From positions 544,001-608,000 of the forward strand of contig CAVZMH010000016.1 of assembly GCA_963776345.1 (NCBI GenBank): 64,000 nt of DNA, written 5' to 3'. The notes beneath the pieces are model-generated. The model was not told the origin of the DNA. It did not search any database and saw only the letters and a list, made by a program, of their open reading frames with translations. Positions 53,154 through 63,184 of this stretch are shown in pieces. The position numbers were made by a program, and so were the translations under genes. Every line of letters begins with the position of its first letter. Within the stretch, counting starts at the first letter, position 1. Source of the DNA: an uncultured delta proteobacterium. GTDB lineage: Bacteria > Myxococcota > Myxococcia > Myxococcales > Myxococcaceae.

Positions 53154-55133
53154 CTACTGCAGCGGCGTCAGGCACTTGGAGGCGACGTTGAAGTCCAGGA
53201 GGTACGGCTGGCTGACGCCGTCCTTCGAGGTGAGGAGGAACTTCAGCAGGAGGTACTTGAACTGGGGCACCGGTCCGGGGGCCGCCTGGAGGTTCGCCGG
53301 CGAGCTGGTGAACGGCCCGTACTCCTGCGAGACGGTGAAATCGAGGTTGTTCGACCCGCGGACGAAGAGAACGACCGAGGTGTTGGGCGGGGTGATGGCG
53401 TCCCAGGTGACGGTGTCCCACTCGGCGTACCGCGAGCAGCCCTGCACCGTCTGGCTGAAGCTGCCCTGGTTCAGCGTGATGTGCCGCAGCTGGTACCCGG
53501 TGAAGTCCGAGTAGGTGTACAGCGCGCCGGCCTGGTTGGCGGAGGTGATGACCCCGCCGGTCGCCCGGTCGATGCGCATCACGTTCCCGGTCGAGTTGTT
53601 CACCCAGAGGTTCTTGTTCTGGTCCAGCCCGATGCCGATGCTGGTCTTGCTGAAGGTCGTGGTGGCGTCGATGAGCCCGGTCGGGGTGCCCGCGCTGGGG
53701 AACATTCGCACCCCGCCGTCGTTGATGTCGGCGCCCCAGACCAGGGCGGCCGACCCGAGGTTGTTCCGGTCGCCGCTGAACCAGACGAACCCGTCGTCGT
53801 CCACCGTCACGCCCCGGCCCTGACCGATCTTGGTGCCGCTGGGCGACGCGAGGGCGCTGAAGTTGAACAGGTCCCAGGTGCCGGCATCGATCGGTCCGCT
53901 CGCGGGCGGGGTGTACCGGGTGGCGGTCGGGCCCGAGCCCCAGTTCGGGACCCAGACCCGTCCCTGCTTGTCCACCGCGATGCCGTAGCCGCCGCGGGGG
54001 AAGCCGGTGGGCGGGGCGATCGCCCCGGCGAGCAGCGACTGGGTGTTGGTGTCGATGACCGCCACGGTGTTCTGCACGCGGTGAACGACCCAGAGCCGGT
54101 TCCTGCTGTCCACCGCCGACCCATAGGGCTCGATCGAAGGCACCCCGATGTACTGCCCGCCGCCGTCCGGAAGCGAGCCCACGTTCGTCCCTGGCGGGAT
54201 GGGCTTGGGCACGCCGGTGAACGGATCGAGCCGCCAGACCCGCCGGTCGATCCAGGTGCCGACCCACACGTCACCGGGGCCGCCCTCGGGCGCGGCGGCG
54301 ATGGAGATGGAGCCCTCACCGAACGCGCCGTTGGGGTTGATGTTGCCGAGCTCCTGCGTGAAGAGCACGCACTCGTCGTAGAGCAGCGGGTTGGTCGGGT
54401 CGGCGCTGGGGTTCAGGTACTCGTTCGGCTCGATGACGCCGTAGGTCCCGGTGTTCGGATCGTCGACGCTGGTGTCGATCTTCCCGTTCCCGTTCCGGTC
54501 GACGCAGTTGAAGGGGCTGCCGGCGATCTTGGTCACGCTGAAGTACTGGCCGGCGTGCGAGGCGAAGTTGGCGACCCACATGTCGCCGTTGATGTCGATG
54601 GCGGTGCGGCTCGGGTCGTAGACGCTGGCGGCCGAGCTGTGGTTGCGCCGCCCGAGGCCATCCAGCGGGAAGACGCTGATGTACCGGCCCACCTCGTGGA
54701 TGCCGCCGTCCTGGAGGAGATTCTTGGTGTCGTACTTGGACACCGTTCCCATCTTCCAGTTGGCGATCCAGGCGTAGTTGATCTCGATGTCCTGGCTGTT
54801 GAGGGTAATGCGCCCGAGCGGGTCGACCGTCACGCCGTCGCCGGTGCTGCCCTCGCCGCCATCGAGCACGAAGCCGCCGTCCGGCGGGAAGTCGATGGTG
54901 CCGCTGAAGCCGCCGTCCACCGCCGGCACGCAGGCGATGATCTTGCAGGGGTCGACCACCCCGGGACCGCCGTCCGGTCCTCCGCCGCCTCCGTCCGTGC
55001 CCCCGCCACCGCCGTCGCCCCCCGGCTGGCCGATGACGACGGGGAAGCGCGAGACGTCTCCGCTGCAAGTACAGCCGGAGACGGCGGTGATCGCGGCGGC
55101 GACCATCAGGAAGGGCAACGCCCGGCGGGTCAT
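53154..55133 (-). CDS. Large lipoprotein with Vgb/NHL-like beta-propeller
   Basis: Lipobox VSG-CTC; PSRTAIDINGDMWVAN, DRNGNGKIDTS, repeated G(I/S/V)(A/T/G)(V/L)DxxxxxW blades, YTYSDFTG. Confidence 0.78.
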   Translation of the reverse strand: MTRRALPFLMVAAAITAVSGCTCSGDVSRFPVVIGQPGGDGGGGGTDGGGGGPDGGPGVVDPCKIIACVPAVDGGFSGTIDFPPDGGFVLDGGEGSTGDGVTVDPLGRITLNSQDIEINYAWIANWKMGTVSKYDTKNLLQDGGIHEVGRYISVFPLDGLGRRNHSSAASVYDPSRTAIDINGDMWVANFASHAGQYFSVTKIAGSPFNCVDRNGNGKIDTSVDDPNTGTYGVIEPNEYLNPSADPTNPLLYDECVLFTQELGNINPNGAFGEGSISIAAAPEGGPGDVWVGTWIDRRVWRLDPFTGVPKPIPPGTNVGSLPDGGGQYIGVPSIEPYGSAVDSRNRLWVVHRVQNTVAVIDTNTQSLLAGAIAPPTGFPRGGYGIAVDKQGRVWVPNWGSGPTATRYTPPASGPIDAGTWDLFNFSALASPSGTKIGQGRGVTVDDDGFVWFSGDRNNLGSAALVWGADINDGGVRMFPSAGTPTGLIDATTTFSKTSIGIGLDQNKNLWVNNSTGNVMRIDRATGGVITSANQAGALYTYSDFTGYQLRHITLNQGSFSQTVQGCSRYAEWDTVTWDAITPPNTSVVLFVRGSNNLDFTVSQEYGPFTSSPANLQAAPGPVPQFKYLLLKFLLTSKDGVSQPYLLDFNVASKCLTPLQ

Positions 55134-55249
55134 CGAAGCTGTCTCCACGAGAGGCGGCACGGGCGCGTTAGCTGTGACAGGCGCAGCAAGAGCCTTCAGA
55201 GGAGGAATCATCGGTGGGCCTCCCCGGTCGGTCAACACTCGAGCACCGG

Positions 55250-55855
55250 TCACGACGTGGCGATCCAGAGCGCCTCCCACACTTCAGGCACGCCCAGCTT
55301 TTCCGTTGCCGAGAAACCGAGCACGGTGTCACGCGGGACCGACAGGCGCTCCGCCGTCGCGGCGAGACGTGGTTTCCGGTGCGCCTTGCCGAGCCGATCG
55401 ACCTTGGTGGCGGCGACCAGCACCCGGCGGCCGGCGGAGACGAGGTAGGTCAGTGTGCGGACGTCGTCCTCGGTCGCTCCCACCTCGGCGTCGACGATGG
55501 CGACCACCCCCCGCAGGGACACACGTCGCTGGAGGTAGGAGGTGATCATCCCCTCCCAGCTCGACCGTTCGGCCTTGGACACCTTGGCGAAGCCATACCC
55601 TGGCAGGTCGGCGAGCCGCACCGTGCGACGCTCGCCGTCCCGCTCGAGCACCACATCGAAGAAGTTGAGCGTGCGCGTGCGGCCGGGCGTGTTCGACACC
55701 CGCACCAGCTTCCGCCGCCCGGTGAGCGCGTTGATCATCGACGACTTGCCCACGTTGCTCCGGCCGACGAAGGCGATCTCCGGGACGTCGCCCGGGGGCC
55801 AGCCGCCCTCCTCCACCGCGGTGGTGAGGAACCGGGCGTCGAGGACGCGGATCAC
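55250..55855 (-). CDS. engB: Ribosome biogenesis GTPase YihA/EngB
   Basis: GRSNVGKSS, TPGRT, DLPGYG, TKVD; GTG at 55855. Confidence 0.94.
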   Translation of the reverse strand: MIRVLDARFLTTAVEEGGWPPGDVPEIAFVGRSNVGKSSMINALTGRRKLVRVSNTPGRTRTLNFFDVVLERDGERRTVRLADLPGYGFAKVSKAERSSWEGMITSYLQRRVSLRGVVAIVDAEVGATEDDVRTLTYLVSAGRRVLVAATKVDRLGKAHRKPRLAATAERLSVPRDTVLGFSATEKLGVPEVWEALWIATS

Positions 55856-56337
55856 CGCTCGGCGTGGGGGGACGGCGAGGCGCCGCGCTTCTGCCGCTCG
55901 GCGCTCCAGTGGTCCATCGCCTTCAGCTTCTCGGCGAACTGGAAGGGGCGGAGCGAGGGCGAGCTGGGCTCGTGGCAGCTCCGGCAGGACTTCTCGGACG
56001 GGTCCACCAGCCCCACCAGCCGCGCCAGCTCCGGGTCCTTCATCACGTACGCCGGCGCGTAGTACTGGCCGCCGCCGTGGCAGGTCTCGCAGCCGATGCC
56101 GGCCATGGACTGGTCCGCCAGGTTCGGCGCGTGGCAGATGGTGCAGCGGGCCTCCCGCTGCTGGTCGGCGGTGAGCGACTCCATGGAGCGGGCGTGCTTG
56201 GAGGCCCTCCAGGCCGCGTAGGCGTCCGGGTGGCAGCCCTTGCAGCTCTCGGAGCCGAGGAAGTCCGCGCCGGCCGCCACCGCGGAGCCCAGCACGGCCA
56301 GCGCCAGGGCCCAGCGGGATGCGGGAGGGAGGGTCAT
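55852..56337 (-). CDS. Tetraheme cytochrome c (c554-like)
   Basis: Signal peptide; CKGCH, CTICH, CETCH, CRSCH. Confidence 0.88.
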   Translation of the reverse strand: MTLPPASRWALALAVLGSAVAAGADFLGSESCKGCHPDAYAAWRASKHARSMESLTADQQREARCTICHAPNLADQSMAGIGCETCHGGGQYYAPAYVMKDPELARLVGLVDPSEKSCRSCHEPSSPSLRPFQFAEKLKAMDHWSAERQKRGASPSPHAER

Positions 56338-56405
56338 CGCGCACAGGGAAATACCAGAGTCCATGTGCCCTCTGGCAAGCGGCACGGTATAGGTTCGCGC
56401 TGCAG

Positions 56406-56930
56406 ATGCGCTCCTCCTCACCGAGGCGACTGGCGATCCTCACCCTGCTGGTGACGGCGGCCGCGGCCCAGGCCAAGGCCTGGAACGGGGTCGAGCCCGG
56501 CGTGTCCCGGCGGGACGAGGTGGTGAAGCGGTTCGGCCCCCCGAGCAAGACGCTCACCGTGTCGGGCAAGGAGGTGCTGGCCTACACCGACGCGGCGGCG
56601 ATGAAGGGAACCTCGCAGGCGCAGTTCCGGGTGGACCCGCCGACCGGGCTGGTGGAGCGCATCGACGTCTTCCCCTCGACGGCCATCGACCACGACACGG
56701 TGGAGGCGACGTTCGGCCCGCCCTGCCCCAAGAGCGGCGCCCCGCAGCCGGCGGCGTGCTTCCAGAAGAAGCTCACCGACGACTTCCGCACCTACTACGT
56801 CTACGCCCGGCTCGGGCTGGCGGTGTTCTTCGACGAGACCGACGACCGGGTGCAGTCCTTCGTCTACACCGCGCCCCGTCCGCCGACGGCCCCGGCACCC
56901 GCGCCCGCTCCGGCAGCCGCCCCTCGCTGA
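56406..56930 (+). CDS. Hypothetical secreted protein
   Basis: Signal ending AQA-KAW; GVEPGVSRRDEVVKRFGPP; TGATG overlap with coaE. Confidence 0.7.
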   Translation: MRSSSPRRLAILTLLVTAAAAQAKAWNGVEPGVSRRDEVVKRFGPPSKTLTVSGKEVLAYTDAAAMKGTSQAQFRVDPPTGLVERIDVFPSTAIDHDTVEATFGPPCPKSGAPQPAACFQKKLTDDFRTYYVYARLGLAVFFDETDDRVQSFVYTAPRPPTAPAPAPAPAAAPR

Positions 56931-57526
56931 TGCGGGTGGTGGGGCTCACCGGCGGCATCGCCTCGGGCAAGAGCACGGTGAGCGTGATGTTCCGGGAGCT
57001 CGGGGCCCAGGTCATCGACGCCGACCAGGTGGCCCGGGAGGTGGTCGAGCCCGGGACCCCGGCCCTCGAGGAGATCGCCCGCCGCTTCCCCGGGGTGGTG
57101 GATGCCGCGGGGCGGCTGGACCGGGCGGCCCTGGGCGCGCGCGTCTTCTCCGATGCCACCGAGCGGCGGGCGCTGGAGGCCATCGTGCACCCGCGCATCC
57201 GCGACGAGGTGGCGCGGAGGACCGAGGCGCTCGCCCGCGCCGGAATACACGTCTTGCTCTACGACGCGGCGCTGCTCATCGAGAACGGGCTCCACCGCGG
57301 CATGGACGGAGTGATCCTCGTCTCGGCGCCGGAGGCGGTGCAGCGGGCCCGGCTCGCCGCCCGCGACGGGCTGGACGACGCCGCCATCTCCGCGCGGCTC
57401 GCGGCGCAGCTGCCCCTGGCCGACAAGCGGGCGCACGCCACCTGGGTGGTGGACAACGGGGGCACGCTGGACGAGACGCGGGCCCAGGTCCGGCGAATCT
57501 GGGAGGAGATCCGCGGGAGCGGCTAA
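56930..57526 (+). CDS. coaE: Dephospho-CoA kinase
   Basis: VGLTGGIASGKST, IDADQVAR, LDRAAL, HPRI. Confidence 0.95.
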   Translation: MRVVGLTGGIASGKSTVSVMFRELGAQVIDADQVAREVVEPGTPALEEIARRFPGVVDAAGRLDRAALGARVFSDATERRALEAIVHPRIRDEVARRTEALARAGIHVLLYDAALLIENGLHRGMDGVILVSAPEAVQRARLAARDGLDDAAISARLAAQLPLADKRAHATWVVDNGGTLDETRAQVRRIWEEIRGSG

Positions 57527-57547
57527 GGTCCCCCGGGCAGGAGCTCC

Positions 57548-58672
57548 ATGTCCTCGAACGACGGCGCCACGCTGGTCACCGGCTATCCGGGCTTCATCGC
57601 GAAACGCCTGGTGGAGCACCTCGCGCAGGAGGGCCAGGGGCGCATCTACACCCTGGTGCAGCCCCGCTTTCTCGAGCAGGCGAAGGCGAGCGCCGCGCGG
57701 GTAAAGGGCGCGCCGGTGGAGGTGCTCGCCGGCGACGTCACCGACCTGCACCTCGGGCTCTCGGGCGAGGAGGTGGAGCGGGTGGCGAGCAGCGTCAGCC
57801 GGGTGTTCCACCTGGCGGCGCTGAACCAGCTCACCGTCTCGCGAGAGGTGGCCTGGCGGACCAACGTGGACGGCACGCGCAACGTGCTGGACATGGCGCG
57901 CGAGTGCCGCCGGCTGGAGCGCCTGGTGCACTTCAGCACCTGCCACGTGGCCGGGGCGCGCGAGGGGGTCATCGCCGAGGACGAGCTGGACAAGGGCCAG
58001 GAGTTCCGCAACGCCTGGGAGGAGACCAAGTTCCACGCCGAGAAGGCGGTGGTCCGGGCGGCGGAGTCGCTCCCGATCGTCATCCTGCGTCCCTCCACCG
58101 TGGTGGGCGACTCACGGACCGGGGAGATCGACCGCTTCGAGGGGCCCTACGCGCTGGGCATCCTCCTGGTCGCGAGCCCGCTGGTCGTTCCGCTGCCGCT
58201 TCCGGGCAACGGCATCGCCCCGCTGAACGTCGTCCCGGTGGACTTCGTGGTCCGGGCGGCGGTGCAGCTCGCCGGCGACCCACGGGCGAAGGGCCAGACC
58301 TTCCACCTGGTCGACCCCAGCCCCATGAGCGTGGCCCGGGTCTACGAGCTCATCGCCGAGCGCGCCCACCGCCGCATCCCGAAGCTCACCTTCCCCGCCC
58401 GCGCCGCCGAGGCGGTGCTCCGGCTGCCGCTGCTCGAGCGGGTGACCCGGCCGCAGCGGGCGGCGCTGGGGTACATCAACCAGCTGGCCTGGTTCACCAG
58501 CGCCAACACGCTCGAGCTGCTGGAGGGCACCGGCATCCGCTGCCCCCGGCTGTCGACCTACCTGGACACGCTGATGGCCTACGTCCGCGAGGACTACGCG
58601 CGCCGGCAGGCGGCCGAGGCCGAGACGCTGGTCGAGGACCCCCTGGACGAGACGGCGAAGGCGAACGGGTGA
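57548..58672 (+). CDS. Extended SDR oxidoreductase (fatty acyl-CoA/thioester reductase-like)
   Basis: TGYPGFIA, FHLAA, NVDGT, WEETK (at the YxxxK position), RPSTVVGDS. Confidence 0.82.
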   Translation: MSSNDGATLVTGYPGFIAKRLVEHLAQEGQGRIYTLVQPRFLEQAKASAARVKGAPVEVLAGDVTDLHLGLSGEEVERVASSVSRVFHLAALNQLTVSREVAWRTNVDGTRNVLDMARECRRLERLVHFSTCHVAGAREGVIAEDELDKGQEFRNAWEETKFHAEKAVVRAAESLPIVILRPSTVVGDSRTGEIDRFEGPYALGILLVASPLVVPLPLPGNGIAPLNVVPVDFVVRAAVQLAGDPRAKGQTFHLVDPSPMSVARVYELIAERAHRRIPKLTFPARAAEAVLRLPLLERVTRPQRAALGYINQLAWFTSANTLELLEGTGIRCPRLSTYLDTLMAYVREDYARRQAAEAETLVEDPLDETAKANG

Positions 58673-59703
58673 GCATCGTCGCGGGACAGACCTTCTCGCT
58701 GGTCCGCGAGTGCGACCGCTACCGGTCGCTGTACTACGCGGGCGCGAGCGGAGACTTCAATCCCATCCACCTCGACCCCGAGGCGGGCCAGGCCGCCGGG
58801 CTGGGCGGGGTCATCCTCCAGGGGCTGTGCACGCTGGCCTGGGCGACCGACGCCTTCGCCCGCTTCCTCGGGGACCCGGGCCTGGTGACCGGGGTGAAGG
58901 CCCGCTTCAGCAGGCCGGTGCGCCCCGAGGACACGGTCCGGTTCGAGGGGACGGTGACCGAGGTCTCGAACGGCGTGGTGAAGGCCACCGTCGTCGCCCG
59001 GAACCAGGGCGGGGAGGAGGTGCTGAAGGCCGTGCACCTCGAGGGGCGGGAGCGCGCGTCCGGGCCGGAGGCCACCTCCTCCGGAGGGTTGCCCGGCATG
59101 ACTCCCCAGGTGGCCCAGGCGGCGGAGGTGCTGCGGATGTCTCGCCCCGAGTTGCTCGAGGATGCGCGCATGCCGCCGGCGTCCGGGCCGACCTCGTCCG
59201 CGGCGGGCGGGGCGACAGCTGCCGCCCGCGGTCCGGGTCGCAGCGCGATCGGCCGGAGCTGGGGCCCGTTCCGCTACGTGATGGGTGCGGAAAAGATGCG
59301 CGAGTACGCGGTGGCTATCTCCGGGGGCGTGCCCTCGTACGTCTCGACCGGGCTTCCCGAGGACCTGCACCCGGTGCTTCACGACGAGGTGGCGGCGGCC
59401 CGGTCGCCCTGGGGCTCGATGATCGCCTTTCCGATGTTCGCCGTGCTGTTCTCCATCTCCCCGGCGCAGGCCGCCCTGCTCGACCCGGCGCTGGAGGTGG
59501 ACGTCTTCCGGGTGCTGCACGGCGAGCAGGAGTTCGAGTTCCGCGAGGTGCTCCGGCCGGGGGACGTGCTCCAGACCACCGGGACGCTCGAGTCGCACTC
59601 CACCCGCGGGAGCAACGAGCTGTTCGTCATCCGCACCGACTCGGTGAACCAGCACGGCCGGCTCGCGGTGCGGGGCCGCTTCACCGCGTTCGTCCGCGGC
59701 TGA
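58669..59703 (+). CDS. Double hot-dog MaoC dehydratase fusion (HadB-like + HadA-like)
   Basis: YAGASGDFNPIHLD catalytic motif, then a linker, then VLHGEQEFEFREVLRPGD; GTGA overlap with the SDR gene. Confidence 0.82.
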   Translation: MSIVAGQTFSLVRECDRYRSLYYAGASGDFNPIHLDPEAGQAAGLGGVILQGLCTLAWATDAFARFLGDPGLVTGVKARFSRPVRPEDTVRFEGTVTEVSNGVVKATVVARNQGGEEVLKAVHLEGRERASGPEATSSGGLPGMTPQVAQAAEVLRMSRPELLEDARMPPASGPTSSAAGGATAAARGPGRSAIGRSWGPFRYVMGAEKMREYAVAISGGVPSYVSTGLPEDLHPVLHDEVAAARSPWGSMIAFPMFAVLFSISPAQAALLDPALEVDVFRVLHGEQEFEFREVLRPGDVLQTTGTLESHSTRGSNELFVIRTDSVNQHGRLAVRGRFTAFVRG

Positions 59704-59731
59704 CGTCGAGGCGGCTTCAGCGGCTCGGCCG

Positions 59732-61330
59732 TCAGCTCACGATGACCCGCTGGTCGAGCAGCTGGGCGAGGATGCGCGCGGTGTCCAGGCGCGACATGCC
59801 CGACACCGAGAACAGGTCCTCGAAGCTGAGGGTCCCGTCGATCTGGGCCAGCATGAAGCCGGCGCGGTGGTCGAGGTTCAGCCAGATGACCTCGTCCTCC
59901 TTGAGACGCACCCGCGGCACGGCGCTCAGCTTGCCGAGCTTCGACTCGTAGATGGTCTGGAGCTTCGTCTCGCTCCGTGCCAGGGCGTCCGCCAGACCGG
60001 TGAGCTCGGGGTGGAGCGACTGCGCCTGCAGCAGCAGCTCGCGCGCGCCGCTGTGGTCGTCGAGGTTCTGCAGCTCCCGGGACCTCTCGAACAGCCGCAC
60101 CGCCTCGGAGCGCGGGTCCCGGGGCGCGGGAAGAGGCGTGAGCCCCGACACGCCGCGCGGCTCGGCGAGGAGCTCGAGTGCACCCGGCCCCTCGGGCGCG
60201 AGCAGCGTGGGCCCTTCCCCCTCGCCTCCCCAGGCGTCGCTCGGGAACGGGTGGCCGCCGGCCGCGGGCGACACCGCGCCGAAGCTGGCGGTCGTCGTGG
60301 GAGGGGGCGCGGCGGCACGCGGCGTGGCTTGCCCGCGTCCGGGTCCGGCGGGAGGAAGAGGAATCGCGCCGACGCCCTTCGATGGGGTCGTCGCCGGCGC
60401 CGATCCCCCGCTCGCGGGCATCGACCAGGGAACCGGCTCCTGCGGCGGCGAGGGATCCGGGGCGGCGGGGGCGGACTGCGCTCGCGCCGCGGGAAGCGGG
60501 ACGGGACCCGTCGTCCGGGATGGCTCCGCCGTCGCGTCCGGACCCGCCACGCGCGCCCGGGAAGGCGTTGCCGGCGCGGGGGTCGCGTGGAGCGGCGCGA
60601 CGGCGGGAGGCAGGGGGACGGGACCCGTCGTCCGCGGTGGAACGCTCCCCTCGGCGGGCGTCGGCTCGCGGGCCGGGGCCGGCGGGGGCGGGCCGAGCAC
60701 CGGACCGGTCGCGCCCGGGCCCAAGGCCGAAGGCAGGGGGATGGCACCCGTGGTCCGCGACGGCACGGCCTCCGCACCGGAGCGGCCCTGCCGGGCCGGC
60801 GTGCCCTCCATCAGCTCGAGCCCGAAGTCGTCCCCGCTCTCACCGAGGTCGTCGCCCTGGAAGTCCTGGTCGTGCGCCGGCGACGCCGCCCGGGGCGACT
60901 CGGCCGGCGAGCCAGCGGCGCGGGGCGGGAGCGGGGAAGGACCCCAGGGGATGGTGTGCATCGGCGCCGGCGCCCCGCCGGACCCGGCCGGCTCCGCCGT
61001 CCGGACGAAGAAGCGCGAGGTGTTCCCCATCGCGTCCGAGGGCGGAGCGTTCCACCACTCCTCGGGCATCGACGCCGGCGCGGGGGGCTCGTCCTGGAAG
61101 AGGCGGGGCAGCGGCACCGAGAAGAGGTCGCTCCGGGTGACGGGGACGTCGCGCAGCTCCTGCGGGACCGCCTCCGCCTCGGGAACCGAGTGCCCCAGGA
61201 GCTCCCGGGCGCGGATGCTCTCGGGGTCGAGCCGCAGCGCCTGCTCGAACAGCCGCCGCGCACCTTCCACGTCGCCGCTCATCTTCAGCCACAGCCCGGC
61301 CTCGAGCAGCTGGTTGGTCCGCGCGCTCAC
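59732..61330 (-). CDS. Protein with N-terminal TPR, long Pro-rich linker, second TPR-like helix pair and C-terminal winged-helix-like domain
   Basis: GARRLFEQALRLDP; LNLDHRAGFMLAQIDGTLSFEDLFSVSGMSRLDTARIL; GTGA overlap with the dnaK-like gene. Confidence 0.72.
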   Translation of the reverse strand: MSARTNQLLEAGLWLKMSGDVEGARRLFEQALRLDPESIRARELLGHSVPEAEAVPQELRDVPVTRSDLFSVPLPRLFQDEPPAPASMPEEWWNAPPSDAMGNTSRFFVRTAEPAGSGGAPAPMHTIPWGPSPLPPRAAGSPAESPRAASPAHDQDFQGDDLGESGDDFGLELMEGTPARQGRSGAEAVPSRTTGAIPLPSALGPGATGPVLGPPPPAPAREPTPAEGSVPPRTTGPVPLPPAVAPLHATPAPATPSRARVAGPDATAEPSRTTGPVPLPAARAQSAPAAPDPSPPQEPVPWSMPASGGSAPATTPSKGVGAIPLPPAGPGRGQATPRAAAPPPTTTASFGAVSPAAGGHPFPSDAWGGEGEGPTLLAPEGPGALELLAEPRGVSGLTPLPAPRDPRSEAVRLFERSRELQNLDDHSGARELLLQAQSLHPELTGLADALARSETKLQTIYESKLGKLSAVPRVRLKEDEVIWLNLDHRAGFMLAQIDGTLSFEDLFSVSGMSRLDTARILAQLLDQRVIVS

Positions 61331-63174
61331 TGCGGTCTCGCCCCCAGTCGTTCGAGCACGCCGACGAACAGCACCCGGGTCCGCTCCAGCTGGTCCACCC
61401 AGTCGGTCAGCGCGGCCAGGTCCTCGCCCTCGGCGGCGGCGCGGGCCGAGGCGATGACCTCCTCGGCGCGGCGCAGCGCCTCGCGCCCGAACTCGCTGCT
61501 CCCGGTGAGCTGGCGCACCCGGGGGATGAGCGCCGAGACCTCGGCCGCCGCGGCCGACAGCGCGTTCCGCTTCTGCTCCACCTCGGACGAGATCCGGGCC
61601 TCGAGCAGGCTGTCCGCCTGGTCCTCGAGGATGCCCTTCAGCTCCTCGGGGGTGAGGCCGCCCGAGGCGGTGACGGTGATGGACTGCTCGAGCCCCGTCT
61701 CCTTGTCCCGGGCCGAGACCGAGACGATGCCCTCGGAGTTGATCTCGAAGGCGACCTCGATCTCCACGTCGCCCCGCGGCGCGAGGCGGAGCCCGGAGAG
61801 GATGAACTCGCCGAGCAGCTCGTTCTGGTGGGCGAGCTCGCTCTCGCCCTGCAGGACCATGATCTTCACCGTGGTCTGCCCGTCGCGGCTGGTGTGGAAG
61901 GTCTCGGTGGTGGAGGTGGGGACGGTGGTGTTCCTGGGGATGAGCACCCGGTTGTAGCCGCCGGCGATCGCCACCCCGAGGCTCTGGGGCGTCACGTCCA
62001 GGAGCAGCACCTGGCTGGAGGGCTGCATCAGCGCGTCCGCCTGGAGGGCCGCCCCGAGCGCCACCACCTCCTCGGGGTGCACGCCCTTGGAGGGGTCGCG
62101 TTGGAAGTGGCGCCGCACCGCGGCCTGCACCGCCGGCATGCGCGTCATCCCGCCGACCAGGACGATCTCCCGGAGCTCGTCCGGGTGCACCCGGGCCTCC
62201 GCCAGCACCTTGTCGGCGATCTCCACCGTCCGCTCCACCAGGTCCTGGGTGAGTTCCTCGAGGCGTCCGCGGGAGAGGCTGGCCTGGAGGTGGATGGCGG
62301 AGGTGCCGCCGGGCGGGGTGTAGAGGAACGGCAGGTTGACGTTGGTCTCGTGCAGCTCGGAGAGCTCGATCTTCGCCCGCTCCGCGGCGTCCTTCAGGCG
62401 CTGCAGCGCCATGCGCTCCTTGCGCAGGTCGACGCCGTGCTCCTTGGCAAAGTTCATCACCAGCATCTCGATGATTCGGTTGTCGAAGTCCTCGCCGCCC
62501 AGGTAGGTGTCCCCGCCGGTCGCCACCACGTCGAAGACGCCCTTGGCCACCTCGAGCACGCTGACGTCCAGCGTGCCGCCGCCGAGGTCGAAGACGGCGA
62601 TCTTTCCGGTCACCTGCCTGCCGAAGCCGTAGGCCAGCGCCGCCGCGGTGGGCTCGTTGAGGATGCGGAGCACGTCGAGGCCGGCGATGCGGCCCGCGTC
62701 CTTGGTGGCCTGGCGCTGACCGTCGTTGAAGTAGGCGGGGACGGTCACCACCGCCTTGCTCACCGGCTTGCCCAGGAACGCCTCGGCGTCGAGCTTCAGC
62801 TCCCGGAGCACCGCGGCGGAGATCTCGGGCAAGGAGACCGCCTTGTCCCCCATCTGCACCCGGACGTCGTCGTGCTCGCCGCAGACGATGCGGTAGGGCA
62901 GCGTCTCGCGCGCCCGCCGGATCTGGTCCGAGCTGAACTTCCGGCCGATGAGCCGCTTGCTGGCGTAGACCGTGTTCTCTGGATTGGTGATGGCCTGGCG
63001 CTTGGCCAGCTGGCCCACCAGCCGCTTTCCTGCGCTGGTGACCGCCACCACCGAGGGGGTCAGCGTCTGCCCGGTCCGGTTGCGGATGACGTGCGGCTGA
63101 CCGCCCTGGACGATGCCCACCACGCTGTTGGTGGTGCCAAGGTCGATGCCGATGACGGGCTCTTGTTCTGCCAT
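61327..63174 (-). CDS. Hsp70/DnaK paralogue
   Basis: [46 protein letters not shown], linker VLLLDV. Confidence 0.93.
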   Translation of the reverse strand: MAEQEPVIGIDLGTTNSVVGIVQGGQPHVIRNRTGQTLTPSVVAVTSAGKRLVGQLAKRQAITNPENTVYASKRLIGRKFSSDQIRRARETLPYRIVCGEHDDVRVQMGDKAVSLPEISAAVLRELKLDAEAFLGKPVSKAVVTVPAYFNDGQRQATKDAGRIAGLDVLRILNEPTAAALAYGFGRQVTGKIAVFDLGGGTLDVSVLEVAKGVFDVVATGGDTYLGGEDFDNRIIEMLVMNFAKEHGVDLRKERMALQRLKDAAERAKIELSELHETNVNLPFLYTPPGGTSAIHLQASLSRGRLEELTQDLVERTVEIADKVLAEARVHPDELREIVLVGGMTRMPAVQAAVRRHFQRDPSKGVHPEEVVALGAALQADALMQPSSQVLLLDVTPQSLGVAIAGGYNRVLIPRNTTVPTSTTETFHTSRDGQTTVKIMVLQGESELAHQNELLGEFILSGLRLAPRGDVEIEVAFEINSEGIVSVSARDKETGLEQSITVTASGGLTPEELKGILEDQADSLLEARISSEVEQKRNALSAAAAEVSALIPRVRQLTGSSEFGREALRRAEEVIASARAAAEGEDLAALTDWVDQLERTRVLFVGVLERLGARPQ

Positions 63175-63184
63175 TCCTCTGGGT

